A DNA stretch of 64,000 bases from Octopus sinensis. Taxonomy: Eukaryota. The position numbers and the translations under genes were made by a program. The notes under the pieces are model-generated. The model saw nothing but the letters and a program-made list of their open reading frames with translations, searched no databases and had not been told where the DNA came from. Location: positions 93,186,001 to 93,250,000 of the forward strand of contig NC_043006.1 of the NCBI RefSeq assembly GCF_006345805.1. Direction: 5' to 3'. Shown here one piece after another: positions 1 through 12,741 of the stretch (positions are counted from its first letter, which is position 1; the number at the start of each line of letters is the position of its first letter).

Positions 1-1459
1 TCTATAAATTCTAATTTCTAAACCAAATGTTTTTCTGGAGGACGATTTAGATTCGAATCTATAATATGTATCTGTCAGGTGCATTAGATTTTATAGCAGT
101 GTATCGACAGAGGAGAAGAGAGCTACTCATTCATGATGTACATTATTAGAAGAACAAGATAATTCTGGTAAGAGAATCTACCTTATAAATACTGAAAGGT
201 TTGCTGCCTCCTTTGCAAAAAGGAGAGTATGAACCATTTAGGACATCATATAATCTTATTCAGAGAGCGAACTCAAAAGGATTTATAAAATGATTTACAA
301 GTGTTTAATTAAATACTTAATATAAAAAAATGTTATATACGGCAAAGGAAACATTCCTTGCAATATAAAATTAAGAAGATTATAACATCTCACGCACGAT
401 ATCTATTCCGTAACTAGTATTTTTCGTCACAAAAATACTGCTACCTGCATATGTACTCACGTACGCTAACGCACGCACGCACGCGCACACACACACAAAC
501 CGAGGTTATGCTTCTCATTTAAGCATCCTGGATTTTTTGAAACTGATATTTGTAATACACTAAAAAGGCTTTAATCACCAAAATCTCTGCCTCCTCTTAT
601 CAATGTCCGACTTTGTGGCAGAAAATGACCGAAGATCTGATAGTAGTAATCATGTTGGATTCAAATTTCTGCACGAGGCCATCAATTCTGGGAGAGAATG
701 TAAGTCAATGACATCGACCCCAAGGCTCTGATGGTACTTATTTGGTCGACCTCGAAAGAATGAAGATTGTCCGCAGCGGAATTTGAACTCAGGATGGAAG
801 GATAGACAAAATGCCGCTAAGCATTTTGCCGGGCGTGCTAGCGATTCTGCCAGTTCAGTGCCTAATTAACAACTATAATATTAAACAGTAATTGTAATTG
901 CGACAAGATATTTATCTGAAAATGCAGCGAAATAGTCAAAGCTATACAGCACCCGACTATATTCTTTACGGGGTTTCGTAAAGGATTTGAAATTTTTCTT
1001 TCCGAATTAAAATATCGCTTGTGTAGATTTCTTTTCATCACTTTAGCTTAATAAATTAATGGACTATAATCAGTTTCCTTGAATCTTCAATACTCGTCCT
1101 ATATCATAAATATGATAATCAACCAATACATCGTCATAATTATTAATGATAATACGAATTGTTTTAGACAGAAACTGTTATTTTGTTTTGCTCGCTGTAT
1201 CATTAGGAATAATATTTATTGAAATGTCTCCGCAACGGTTTCTTTAGCAAACTGTTTTCCCCGTGAGACAATGAAAACAAACCTTATTTTCTTATGGAGT
1301 TCTATGATAGATATGGCTATAGTAAGTTTATCATTTGTCATTGAAAGACCAAAATAGTTTTCAAAACATTAAGTCCGGTACAGCAAAACACGTTTTCACA
1401 AAAAGTAAAAATCAATAAAAATCCTCCGGAATAAACCTACAAGAAATATACAGTATTAT

Positions 1460-1579
1460 ATGATATATATATATATATATTATATATATATATATTATAT
1501 ATATATATATATATACATATATACATATATATATATATACATATATATATGTATATATATATATATATATATACGTATG

Positions 1580-1612
<33 letters not shown>

Positions 1613-1629
1613 TATATATATTTCAGATA

Positions 1630-1666
<37 letters not shown>

Positions 1667-1760
1667 GTATGTATGCATATTTATATATGTATATACATAC
1701 ATCGATACATAAATTTATATATACATACACACACACATATATATATATATATATACAAGC
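1460..1760. repeat. (TA)n/(CA)n compound microsatellite
   Basis: Direct inspection; dozens of similar arrays occur throughout the window. Confidence 0.95.
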
Positions 1761-2515
1761 ATATACTTATATAGGACTGCATATAATTTTTATTGTCTAT
1801 GAAAACAATTTTAAATAAGTGTCCCTTTATTGGCGAAATGATGCTTTATTCATCTCAAATAAATATAAAAACACTATCTTATGAAATATATTCTAATAAA
1901 CCTGATTCAATTAAATGCCAGGAACGAAAAGATATATAAATATATAAATCCCATCTTTTGAAAAATAGCAAGAGAATGGCTCAATAAATAAAGCAGACAT
2001 TAGGAAATTGTTGAGAACAACAGTCCGAAATATTTATTACTCTAATTTCGTAATAAATATGTCTAACAGTGAATCCAGCTGGTTAGCGTTGTCGACATTT
2101 CCAAAGAAACCAGTCATTCGTAGCTTGTGATAAATTTATTTACTGTCGTCGTCGTCATCATCATCATCATCATCATCATCACGAACATCGCCATCATAGT
2201 CATCATGGTCGTTGTCGTCATCATCATCGTCGTTCTCCTCCTCCTCAAATCATCATCGTCATCAGAACAACATCAGCAGCAAAGTACCGTCCCTAACAAC
2301 CTAATAACCTTACCCTCCGTCCTATAGTAACTATTTCTCCTATATTCGTGCTTATGCATCATTTTATGCTCTTCAAGATGTATTTCCTTAGATATACGAA
2401 GTATGTATATATATATATATATATACACACGTGTGAGTGGGCAAACGGAAGAAGGCACACAACAAAATTGTGTATGAGTTAAGTGTTTTATTAATTAAAA
2501 ACGAGCCAAATCAAA

Positions 2516-2830
2516 TTGTCTTACAAAATGATGGTGATAATAGCAGGAGTGATAGCAAAAGGGGCTGATTCCTACCAAGCACAGATACCAGGAAACCCCA
2601 AAACGGCCGAAATTCAGATTGTACTCATGGGAACTACCCATGTCCTACGTAAAATACTATGTAATCTCAAAATTTTAAAACAAACGCATCGTTTCATATG
2701 TTTTCTCAAGCACTCTCTAGAACAATGCTATGTACAAAACCAACTATATGACACTCTAAGCATAACACCAACAGGAACTTCTAACTTGTTTTATCTTGAG
2801 GTCTCTGGGGGAGACCTGGAGACAACTTGT
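2516..2830 (+). mobile_element. 3' fragment of an RLE-type non-LTR retrotransposon (R4/Dong-like)
   Basis: VIIAGVIAKG...IPGNPKTAEIQIVLMGTTHVLRKIL resembles the C-terminus PVIIGALG...IQKxxLLGTAHILRKxL, followed by a putative 3' UTR. Confidence 0.55.
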
Positions 2831-2959
2831 ACCAGCGTCCACACGTTGATGGAATGACATCAGTTTTTAAGTTAGAATTTTGTAACAGGCGAAAAGAAAA
2901 AGTCAGAAAAAACAGAAAAATGAAGACGACAGAAAAAAGGGAAGAAAAAGAGAGAAAGA

Positions 2960-4140
2960 AGAATATTTAATCAAACAGTTTTGAATAAATTCGGTGATAT
3001 TCTCCTGTCATCTTATTCATTCTTCCAGGGCGTGATGTTAATATCCCGCAAGCATATTTCCCTCATACATTCTGGAAAGTGAAATAGATTCAGAATATTT
3101 TCTGGGAATACGCACTTTCAAATCTTCTTCAAAATTGCAGCCGCTTGAAACGAAATGTTCAGCATCTACTGTTATTGTGCCTGGCGTCGAATTTGTGCCC
3201 ATTAAACCCTTTGTTCTGTTTTACAACCAACATAAATTGTGTTTCGTGCTTTGAACAGTGCACAATGAACAGGACTTACTTCTCTTGCGGCTGTTTTTTT
3301 TAAGGTACAGCGTGCAGATACTCCAATGTTCGTTTACTTGGAGTCAGATGTAGAGAGATCAATAATTCTCTTATATTCTTATTCTGTCAAAAGGCTACAA
3401 TAGGCGGCTGTGGAAATATCTGCTTGAAACGAGCATATTTTTTCGCCACCTGCTGGTAACTTTCATGCAACACTTTTGAAATGACAGCTAAATGTCGGTG
3501 CCAGCTAATCACTAAAGGAACTCTGTCATCTATTGTATTGTGTTAGATAAAATTATGCGTGAAAGTTTGACTGTCTTTGCTAACCTTAGCTATGTCATTT
3601 ACTATTTCCTTTAATCGTGATTCACTGTAACCGCGTTTGAGATAATGATATACAAAAGAATTTGCATGTTTCCAGCAATCCTCTATGTTAGTAAAAATCC
3701 GTTTTATCCTCAAAAATTGGGATTTTGCATTTGAGCGGATAACAATGATGTGGATGATCGGAGCGGCTGTGGAGATAAATGTGGGATGACGTGGGCTTGC
3801 AAAATAACTGTGTCACTATTCTGCCTCCAGAAAACTTGACTTTTGCATCCAAAAATTGAACTCTAGTTTTTGTAAAACTAGACGTAAATTTTATGTTGGA
3901 CTTAAATCCATAGCTTTTCGCATAACAGTCACAGAAATGCAAGAAGTCAATTAAGCTATCCTGTGATCCTTCCCAGACAAAAAAGACGTCATCAATGAAC
4001 CGTAACCAGAGTATTGTTTCATGACCATGTAGGGATTTGAATGTCTTCAGTAACTGTCTTGAATTTTGATATGAAGACATTAGTGAAATTAACTACCAGG
4101 GAGGTACCCATGGCGCAACCCTTCATCTGGTGGTAAAATC
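2960..4140 (-). mobile_element. Penelope-like element fragment (RT plus decayed GIY-YIG)
   Basis: YHQMKGCAMGT, WLRFIDDVF and KPTSSHIYLHSRSDHP RT motifs; downstream HCALFKARNTIYVG segment; frameshifted. Confidence 0.85.
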
Positions 4141-4217
4141 TTTGTCTAATAATAACAATAATAATAATAATGATAATGATAATAATAATAATGGTGATGA
4201 TGATGATGATGATGATG

Positions 4218-4427
4218 ATGCGTAGCGGGCTTACATGCGTAGCGGGCTTACATGCGTAGCGAGCTTCCATGCGTAGCGGGCTTACATGCGTAGCGGTCTT
4301 ACTACTGTCGCCTACAGTACCATGCTATTCGTTCTTTTCAGCCATCAAATAAAACTCCGGAAAGTTTAAGCTGAAAAGAACGAATAGAAACGTACCGTAG
4401 GCTGCAGGTAGTAAACCCGCTACGCAT
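4218..4427. repeat. Five 17-bp tandem units merging into a ~143-bp fold-back (MITE-like)
   Basis: atgcgtagcgggcttac x5 at 4218-4302. Segment 4285-4343 is inversely complementary to 4370-4427. Confidence 0.85.
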
Positions 4428-4467
4428 GCAAGACTCCAGGAGCTCCGACAAAACCTGGGATAAAGAG

Positions 4468-4542
<75 letters not shown>

Positions 4543-4589
4543 TTAACGTTTATGTAATAAGATGTACTTTAGTTTTATTTGTATAAATA

Positions 4590-5000
4590 CCTGAAATTTC
4601 ATTTATGCATTATATCTCTTAGTCGATAGCCATTGACAATGAACTCGTATGGATTGCACCCTTCCACTACTCTCCCCACTCCTCATCAGATATATTTAGC
4701 ATTTTGTTATTCTTTGCTACGTTGTTTCTCTTTCTAACACAACTTGGTTGTCATTATTTCTATAACCGTGTAAGGCTATTATAGTAATTACTATTCAAAA
4801 ATACATGAATTCATTGTTTTCAATTCCCATTATCGCTGTGGAAAACTGTAATTACATTCTGTCCTTTAGTACTATCCTTTTGCCCACAACATTCGACTAT
4901 GGCCGTCAACTATTTAAATTGAAACCTCCTAGGGCTTCATCAAATATGTAACAGTAAATTATTACGTTTGATATAGACGGCTATTCTCTACCGACTGATA
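4590..5000 (-). pseudogene. TM1/PLAT-like relic, heavily frameshifted
   Basis: Fragments LWA/KDSTKGQNVITVFHSDN (compare PKD1L WARRKD...VTVLEDN), IALHGY...VVL and YEFIVN/WLST (compare FLVNDWLS) occur in order. Confidence 0.4.
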
Positions 5001-5168
5001 TGAAAGATCTGCGCCAACAGTAGGAAATATTTATCATTACAAACTTGTTAGCACTTCAGATATATTCGAATGCGTAAGGACGTCATCACTGCTTTGTCAT
5101 AGAAAAAATTTTCTCGCTGTGGACGAAGAGTTTTAAATACACCTAAAATCAGCTGGCAGCACCATCTA

Positions 5169-5503
5169 AAAAAAAAAAAAGACTCCGCCGGTTACGACGA
5201 CGAGGGTCCCAGCTGATACGATCAACGGAACAGCTTGCTCGTGAAATTAACGTGCAAATGGCTGAGCATTCCACAGACACGTGTACCCTTAACGTAGTTC
5301 TCGGGGATAATCAGCGTGACACAGAGAGTGACAAGGCTGACCCTTTGAAGTACAAGTACAACTCATTTTTGCCAGCTGAGTGGACTGGAGCAACGTGAAA
5401 TAAAGTGTCTTGCTCAAGGACACAACGCGTCGCCGGGAATCGAACTCACAACCTTACGATCATGAGCCGAATGCCCTAACCACTAAGCCACGCGCCCTCA
5501 CAC
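5169..5503 (-). mobile_element. tRNA-derived SINE (family C), full length, with 14-bp TSD
   Basis: Head with A-box-like tggcttagtggttagg and B-box-like gttcgattccc; direct repeat ggcagcaccatcta at 5155-68 and 5504-17. Confidence 0.9.
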
Positions 5504-6135
5504 GGCAGCACCATCTAGCCAGACTGTGAAATGTAAGACTACCCAGACTGTGAGATTTCCGTGTACTTGTCTCCTCTTCAGTCACAGAACCCGGACAGGG
5601 TAATCTGCGTTGCTAAGAGATTGTCTTTTGTATGATATTCCCGTCACTGCATAATGACTGGTAGCTCTAATCACTGCTCAATGAAATGCTTGCCTCCCAC
5701 AGTCTGAGTAGTTGGTGCTGTGAGCTGATTTTTGGTGTATTTACACCATTTGCTAAGAGCAAGAAATTTTCTTCACGACAAAATACAGTGAATAGCTTTT
5801 TACGGGTTCGAATATACCCTAGGCATATTCGAACTGGTATATCCATGTAGTTATACAGATCACGATTTAACTCTATCATCTCGTGATATATTTGTTATCA
5901 TTATTTTCAATATTAAATTTAAAAATCCTTTTTTTAAAACGATAATAATATTCGTCATGGTATAATCCTCACTACCAAACATTTTCGATTTCTTTAAATA
6001 GATGGCGTTTGTCCTCAGCGAGAAATGGACACACAAGTAACAATTGCATCAACATAGACAGGACCCTTGGAATTCACTCGCGAAATTTCCTTCAGCTAAA
6101 TGGATGAATATTACAATTCTAAACTAAATACTTAC

Positions 6136-6310
6136 TTTCTCCAGAAGTTGTTTCGTGGCTTCGTCATTTCCGTTACATGATCAACAAATTGCACGCTGCA
6201 ACTACCAAAAGCTATGCTCTCTAAAAGGCCTATCAATATACTGATCCATGCCCCTTTAAACGCCTGTCCTTATCCATTAAGGCGTTCGTATAATGCCTGA
6301 CACGTTTGTC
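6136..6310 (-). pseudogene. GPS-motif-like exon relic with one TAA
   Basis: Perfect donor GTAAGT, weak acceptor; GQTCQALYERLNG*...ESIAFGSCSVQFVD compared with PKD1 LCQYFSEEDMVW...HLTAFGASLFV. Confidence 0.5.
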
Positions 6311-7329
6311 CTATTTATATGGCCTATTTTTTAAAGCTGATACTTGTTTTATCGCTCTCTTTCGCCAAACTGCTTGAATGGGGCGCGTAAGGACACCAGC
6401 GCCGGTTGTGAAGCAGAAGTGGGCGACGAATACGGACAGAAACACTCACACACGCACACACACTCACTCACTCACTCAGACACGCACATATACACATATA
6501 TTATATATATATGGGATTCTTTCAGTTTCCGTGTGCCAAATGTATTCATAAAACTTTGGTCGAACCGAGTCTATAGTAGAAGAAACTTTTCCGAGGTGCC
6601 ACACAGTGGGACTTAACTAGGAACCACATGGTTGAGAACCAAAATTCTTGCCAGACTGCCAAGCCAATAGTTCTTCACAGATTACAAGGCTCATAGTTGT
6701 TGCTCTATATCTAAATATACAGATTGAAACCTTAGTATTAATTGAACAATAGCTAGATTAAAATGATCCGCCAATGACAATTTGCTGGAAAATGATGGAT
6801 ATAAATCGTAAGATATGTGTTGCTTTTATTTATTTATTTATTTATCTTTTACTGATTCAATCCATTGTTGAAGCAGGTGCTTTCATTTATCATTCCAGAC
6901 AATATGCCAAAATTCTTTTTGTCTGAAAGGAAATTTTCATGTATGAAATGTTACATAGAATTATATAGAAAATAATAAATATTTATGGCTTATTTCATAA
7001 GCATGAGCTAAACCACGGGGTTCTTTATTATATTTATTAAATTTATATAATGCGGAAGACACATGCACGATTTCATGATTGATCGAAGCCATCATGTTAC
7101 TTATATTTCGGAAAGAATCTTATGAAGCAGTGAATACAGACGTCGAAGTAACAGGAGTGAGTTTCTGAAAAGATATTTTCAACAGAGGCGTTTGAATTAA
7201 ATATTAAATAGATTGGAAACATCGATAGCTTATTAACATATAAAATGATTTATGCTAATTAATACATAGTGAAGAGTCTACACACATCGGTTTTAGTTAC
7301 AGTGCAACACCAATGTTATAAAGTGGATG

Positions 7330-8100
7330 GAATCATGTGTTAGCAATGCATTTCGGTAAGGAATTAGGCTTGCAGTAAGCTTTGAATATAGGTGAAGGTG
7401 GTACTAGCCTGGCGGTGTTACCGAGGAGACTTCCAAGTTCGAGATGAATTTGCAAGCACCCAGGTACCCAAGATGGGAGCAGAACAGAGATACCATTCTG
7501 CACGCAATTGTGCAACGCCCCAAAATTTCTGAAATATGGATTTACATTGAACATCTACTGTTACGGCTGAGAAGAGTACAACTGTTTTCCGAATCGATTG
7601 TAAAGTTTGTCCCTCCTGCCTCTTTTAACAAAGAAGGCAAGGCTTTTTTCCTCGCTGTGGTCACAATAGCGAAAGAAGCGGTATGGAAGACCCGCGTGAA
7701 AGGAATCGTGACAGACACATTCATCTCTTGCCTTGGACTGGTCCCTTACCTTATCTACCACCTTAAAGGGGAAATAAGGATGGAGAGAAAATACCTGTCA
7801 CCTGATGTATATGAAAAAGATGGAAGTCTGTGGCGAGTTTGTTGCTAATGAATGAACACACATAGTGTATCCATAAGGTTATATTAAAGGTTACAGTTGT
7901 GGCACGGGGCTTGTGGGGTCGAGGCAAAACCCGTCCCCCACTTCATTGTGTCTTTGTTTTGCTTATCATTAGTTAAATTCGATCATATTAATTTTTAACC
8001 TTTCACTTCTCTATTAAAACAAAAGCATACGCACCATCGATCCCTCCCACATTTGTACCGCCCTTCTATGTTTAGCCCCCAGTGGGGAATAAACAAAACT
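7330..8100 (+). mobile_element. Tx1/L1-clade LINE 3' end
   Basis: Degenerate CCHC knuckle (YPRWEQNRDTILHAIVQRP), then AKEAVWKTR, a 3' UTR and AATAAA near 8088. Confidence 0.7.
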
Positions 8101-8389
8101 TTTATTTATTGTTATTATTAATGGTTATATATGTGTTTATGTTCGTGTATATGTATGCATAAATGTATGTGTGTATGCATGCTTGTGTATTTATGCGCCT
8201 GTTTGGGTTACACACAAATATAGTGCGAACGATGTCAAATTTGCTGTTTGACCGTAGAGTATTGCGAATCATTAACCTAAATTATTTTTAGCGTGTAGCT
8301 CTGATTAGATGACATTTAATTACCAAACATTCAACACTGTGAAGATGAATGACGAACTTTACTTCGTTTTAGATACATGGACAACCATG

Positions 8390-8820
8390 GAGAATATAAA
8401 ACTGGTGGAAGAGGAAAGAGGAGAAGATGGAGGAGGAGACAGGAGGAAGTGGAGGAGGAGAAAAGAATTAAAAGTGGAATTAAAAGTGAAGGACTAGGTT
8501 GATGAAGGGAGAGGAGTGAAGGAGGAGGAGGAGGTCGTGGTGGTGGGTGGGATGTATGAGGAGGTGGTAGATGAGGAGAGGAGGGACAATGGAGGCGGAG
8601 GAAGAGAAGGAGGAGAAGGAGCAAAGGGAAGGGGATGAAGGAGAATAAGGAGGAAGACGTGGGGGAGAACATAAGGAAGTGGATGAAGAAGCGGAGGAGA
8701 AGAAGAAGGCGGAGGTGGAAGATGATGATGATGAGGAGGAGGAGGAGGAGTAGGAGGAGGACGAGGAGGGGGTAGAAGGAGGGGAGGGGGAGGAGTTGGA
8801 TTATGTAGAGAAGAAGAAGA
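8390..8820. repeat. GGA/GAA purine-rich low-complexity tract
   Basis: Direct inspection. Confidence 0.9.
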
Positions 8821-9054
8821 AGGCCTGAAATTTTGGGGATGCGGGAGTCGATTACAGTATTCAACTGGTACTTATTTTAGTGACACCCACGAAAGGATGA
8901 ATGTTAAAGGCGACTCCGTGGAATTTGAAAACAGAAAGTAAAGATGGATGAAATGCCGTCCTGGGGATCTCTCGCTGCCCTTCACCGGGACAAAAGATAA
9001 TAGAAACAACACGAGCAACAACAACAACCAAACGCAGTAAATATGTTTATTGAA

Positions 9055-9162
9055 TATACTACTACTACTACTGCTGCTGCTGCTGATGATGATGATGATG
9101 CTACTACTACTACCAAATAAAAATGAAACTAATAACAGAGTAGTAATAGTAGTAGTAGTAGT

Positions 9163-9216
<54 letters not shown>

Positions 9217-9308
9217 TTAGTAGTAGTTGTAGTAGTAGTAATCGTAGTAGTTGTAGTAGTTTTAGTAGTAGTTGTAGTAGTAGTTGTAGTAGTAGTTGTA
9301 GTAGTAGT

Positions 9309-9340
<32 letters not shown>

Positions 9341-9510
9341 TATTAGTAGTTGTAGTAGTAGTAGTAATCGTAGTAGTTGTAGTAGTTTTAGTAGTAGTTG
9401 TAGTAGTTTTAGTAGTAGTTGTAGTAGTAGTAGTTGTAGTAGTAGTTGTAGTAGTACTTGTAGTAGTACTTGTAGTAGCAGCAGCAGCAGTAGTAGTAAT
9501 AGTAGTAGTA
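9055..9510. repeat. (TAG)n/(CAG)n compound trinucleotide array
   Basis: Direct inspection; includes a duplicated gtagtaatcgtagtagttgtagtagtttta block. Confidence 0.95.
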
Positions 9511-10044
9511 TGGTGTCATAAACTAGGTTATATAACAAGTCCCACTCTTCATTTCTATTTCTTCAATTAATTAGTAGCAGCTGTCGAGGGACTAATATAT
9601 AACACTTTAAAATTACGTCGCGCTACGAAATACAAAACCTCCGCCTTTTACACGATTGCCTGCGGTGAACCCCATTTGGGGATCTGCTAAAAACAGTCCC
9701 ACTGCTGGTTGTTCGTTGTATTTAAAGTGAATTGCTTATGGACATTGCATTTGCAGAGGTGTGTTTAACAATATTTAATAGTTAAACTTGACCATTATTA
9801 GTTCTGGCTAATTCTAGACGTCATTTTATGTCATAAATCGCAATTTTTGAACGGCAAAATTATTGACTGTTTTTTTTTTCTCTTATTTTGCATTTCCCAT
9901 CTATATCATTCGTTGATATTTCATACACATTCGCATTTGATACTATAGTTTCAAAAAAACTAAAATGTTTATTATTGAAATTTAACAGAAAAAGATACAT
10001 ATGCTTTTCTTCAGCGATCTCTATTTGGGACTTATCGATGAGGA

Positions 10045-11003
10045 GAATACGGAGGATGTGATAAAGTCTCGTTTCTCAAGTCTGTGAGTTTCTGCAGCGT
10101 CAGTTTTGCAACATGTGGTTTTGCATTATCGTGTATCAGAATTGGGCCACGCTGATTCACCAATACAGGTTTCCTATTTTGAAAGTGAACATTCATTTCA
10201 ACGAGTTTATTGCAGTAAACCTCTGCTGTAATGCGCTGATAGGCTTCCAAAAATCTGTAAGGGACAACACCAATTGCAGACCAGCAGACAGTCACCATAA
10301 TCTGTTGCTGATGCAACTTTGGCTTTAGGAAATGTTTGAGGAACTCATCACGATCAAGCCATTGATCCGATCGTTTACGGTTATCATAAAGGATCCACTT
10401 TTCGTCACAAGTGACTATTTAGTCGAGAAAAAGATCATTGGATTTTCGCAAAAAGAGCATCGCACACGCTTCAAAACACCGAGCTCTTTGATTTTCATTG
10501 AGCGCATGCGGTACCGATTTATGGAGATTTTTCACCTTACCAACCTTCTGCAGATTGCGTGAGACCGTTGCAATACTGACACCAAGTGCCTAAGACATTT
10601 TGACGTGGGTTTCAATTGTTCGTTGCCAAGACTGCATGATCGTCCCCTACATTCTTCATCTTCAAGGATCTCATCACCACTACGGAATTTCTGAAACCAC
10701 CTTCGTACTGTGCGATCACCTGTGGACCCCTCTCCCCATGCTCTGCTGATATTGGCAGCAGTTTGGGAGACATTGTGCCCAAGCTTCAACTCATGCATGA
10801 AAAGTAAGCGAAGATCCTTTTTGTCATGTTCATAATTAAGGGCACCTATGCGCCAAGAATATCTTCTGTCTGAAATAAGTAGAAAATTATTAAAGAGCAA
10901 ACATCAATTGAGTATGTCTAAATTCACCTAAAATATAATTAAAATACTATGATGAAATTGCCTTTCAAAACACAGCGCAGCCATTATTTTCGGAACAACC
11001 TAA
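10045..11003 (-). mobile_element. mariner transposon, 3'-truncated and decayed (Hsmar1/cecropia-like)
   Basis: HTH segment RTVRRWFQKFRSGD, SVPHAL (WVPHEL), TCDEKW, HDNAKPH and HPPYSP; one TIR ttaggttgttccgaaaata next to TA. Confidence 0.9.
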
Positions 11004-11038
11004 TAGCTCTGTCTCCTTCATAATAAATAATAATAATG

Positions 11039-11085
<47 letters not shown>

Positions 11086-11120
11086 TAATAATAATAATAA
11101 TAGCTCTGTCTCCTTCATAA
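11004..11120. repeat. (TAA)n run flanked by a 20-bp direct repeat
   Basis: tagctctgtctccttcataa at 11004-23 and 11101-20. Confidence 0.9.
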
Positions 11121-12215
11121 CTATTCATACTGATATTAATTTTCATTTTAAATTCTAATTTTATTTTGAATTTTATTTAACATTGGATGTGGCTATTTTC
11201 ACCATTATAAATCTTATTAAAATGCATAAATTGAACAAAGCCTGTTGCAGCAAGATCTTACCGAAAATATAGATTATATAATGTTGAATGCTTCAGCGTC
11301 GAAATCTGAAGGACAAGTGGAATTTTAAAGTTCCAGAAATTGTGACGAAGTCTGACGTCCAAATCTCATCCTTAAAAGTGTTCACCTTTTATCTTTTATC
11401 TTTTGTTTGTTTCACTCAGTAAACTGCGGCCATGCTGGGGCACTGTCTTGAAGAACTTTAGTAGAATGAATCGACTGGAGTGTTTCTTTACTTTTTAAAG
11501 CCTGGTACTTCTATTGGTCTCTTTTGCCGAACTAGTCGTCAAGAGCTTGTGGGGGACAAACACAGAGGAAGAAACACACACACACAGACTCACAAGCATA
11601 CACACAAGCACACACATATATACACACACAAACGCATACACATATCCTTGATCCTAGTAGCATATTTATTTGGGTTATATATATTTACATATTGGAAAAT
11701 GTGTGAATTACTTGGTACAGTTTGGTATTTTTGAAAAAGGAAAAGAATGGCTTCACTGGTAGTTCTAATGAATTTAATTTTCTAATAATATAATTTTACA
11801 GTTTAGTGGAGAGATTTTAAAAAGTGTCCTTAACTGATCTGGAGAACTTTCACGCATCGTCGGTGGCGATTGTCAAACTGATCTCAGGTTGTGCTGAGTG
11901 TTTCTATAGATAAGAGATTTGGGTGTGTCCATGGTGGGGTTGGGGTATGTTAATAAGTGCAGGAGTTAAGGAGTGTTGATGAACAAGAGCTGAAAGAAAA
12001 GAGTGAATGATAAAAACAAGATAATTGATTGAGGGTGGAGTTTGAAGGTGGTGAGGTGTTTAAGGAGTGTTTTATGAAGGGCTTGTGAAATTGTCCTCCT
12101 GTTGGTTCCATTTGAATAGTTGACCTTTAGTAAAAAATATAAGGGTCAGATGTTTTTCAAATTCTCTTATGGCTGAATCAACTCATAAGAGAAAGTTATT
12201 CTTCACCTCCTTCAA

Positions 12216-12266
<51 letters not shown>

Positions 12267-12275
12267 TATATATAT

Positions 12276-12310
<35 letters not shown>

Positions 12311-12334
12311 CACCCACACACATATGTATATATA

Positions 12335-12741
12335 TTTCTTTACTGCCCAGAAGGGGCTAAACATAGAGGGGACAAACAAGGACAGACGAAGGGATTGCGT
12401 CGATTATATCGCCGCCAGTGCGAAACTGGTACTTTATTTATCGACCCCGAAAGGATGAAAGGCAAAGTTGACCTCGGCGGAATTTGAACTCAGAATGTAA
12501 CGACAGACGAAATACCCATTTCTTTATTACCCACAATAGGCTAAACATAGAGGGGACAAACAAGGATAGACATAGGTATTAAGTCGATTACATCGACCCC
12601 AGTGCGTAACTGATACTTAATTTATCGACCCCGAATTGATGAAAGGCAAAGTCGACCTCGGCGGAATTTGAACTCACAACGTAACGGCAGACGAAATACC
12701 GCTAAGCATTTCGCCCGGCGCGCTAACGTGTCTGCCAGCTC
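12335..12741 (-). mobile_element. tRNA-derived SINE family B, head-to-tail dimer
   Basis: Head gcgagctggcag..gttagc..gagttcaaattccgcc. Other copies lie at about 650-860, 18510-18730, 18920-19120, 22640-23345, 25020-25210, 33600-33800, 41960-42150 and 52160-52400. Confidence 0.85.

Noticed and set aside
4218-4302. Regular short repeats suggestive of CRISPR
   Set aside because: The units are head-to-tail with no spacers, and the context is eukaryotic with no cas genes.
5430-5503. tRNA-like sequence with A and B boxes
   Set aside because: It is a SINE head with no complete cloverleaf, followed by SINE body and TSD; the same applies to the other SINE heads.
5806-5834. Short hairpin gttcgaatat / atattcgaac
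   Set aside because: A 10-bp stem is expected by chance in 64 kb of AT-rich DNA.
8331-9538. Poly-Leu/Pro ORFs resembling membrane or signal proteins
   Set aside because: They derive from GGA/GAA and TAG/CAG trinucleotide arrays.
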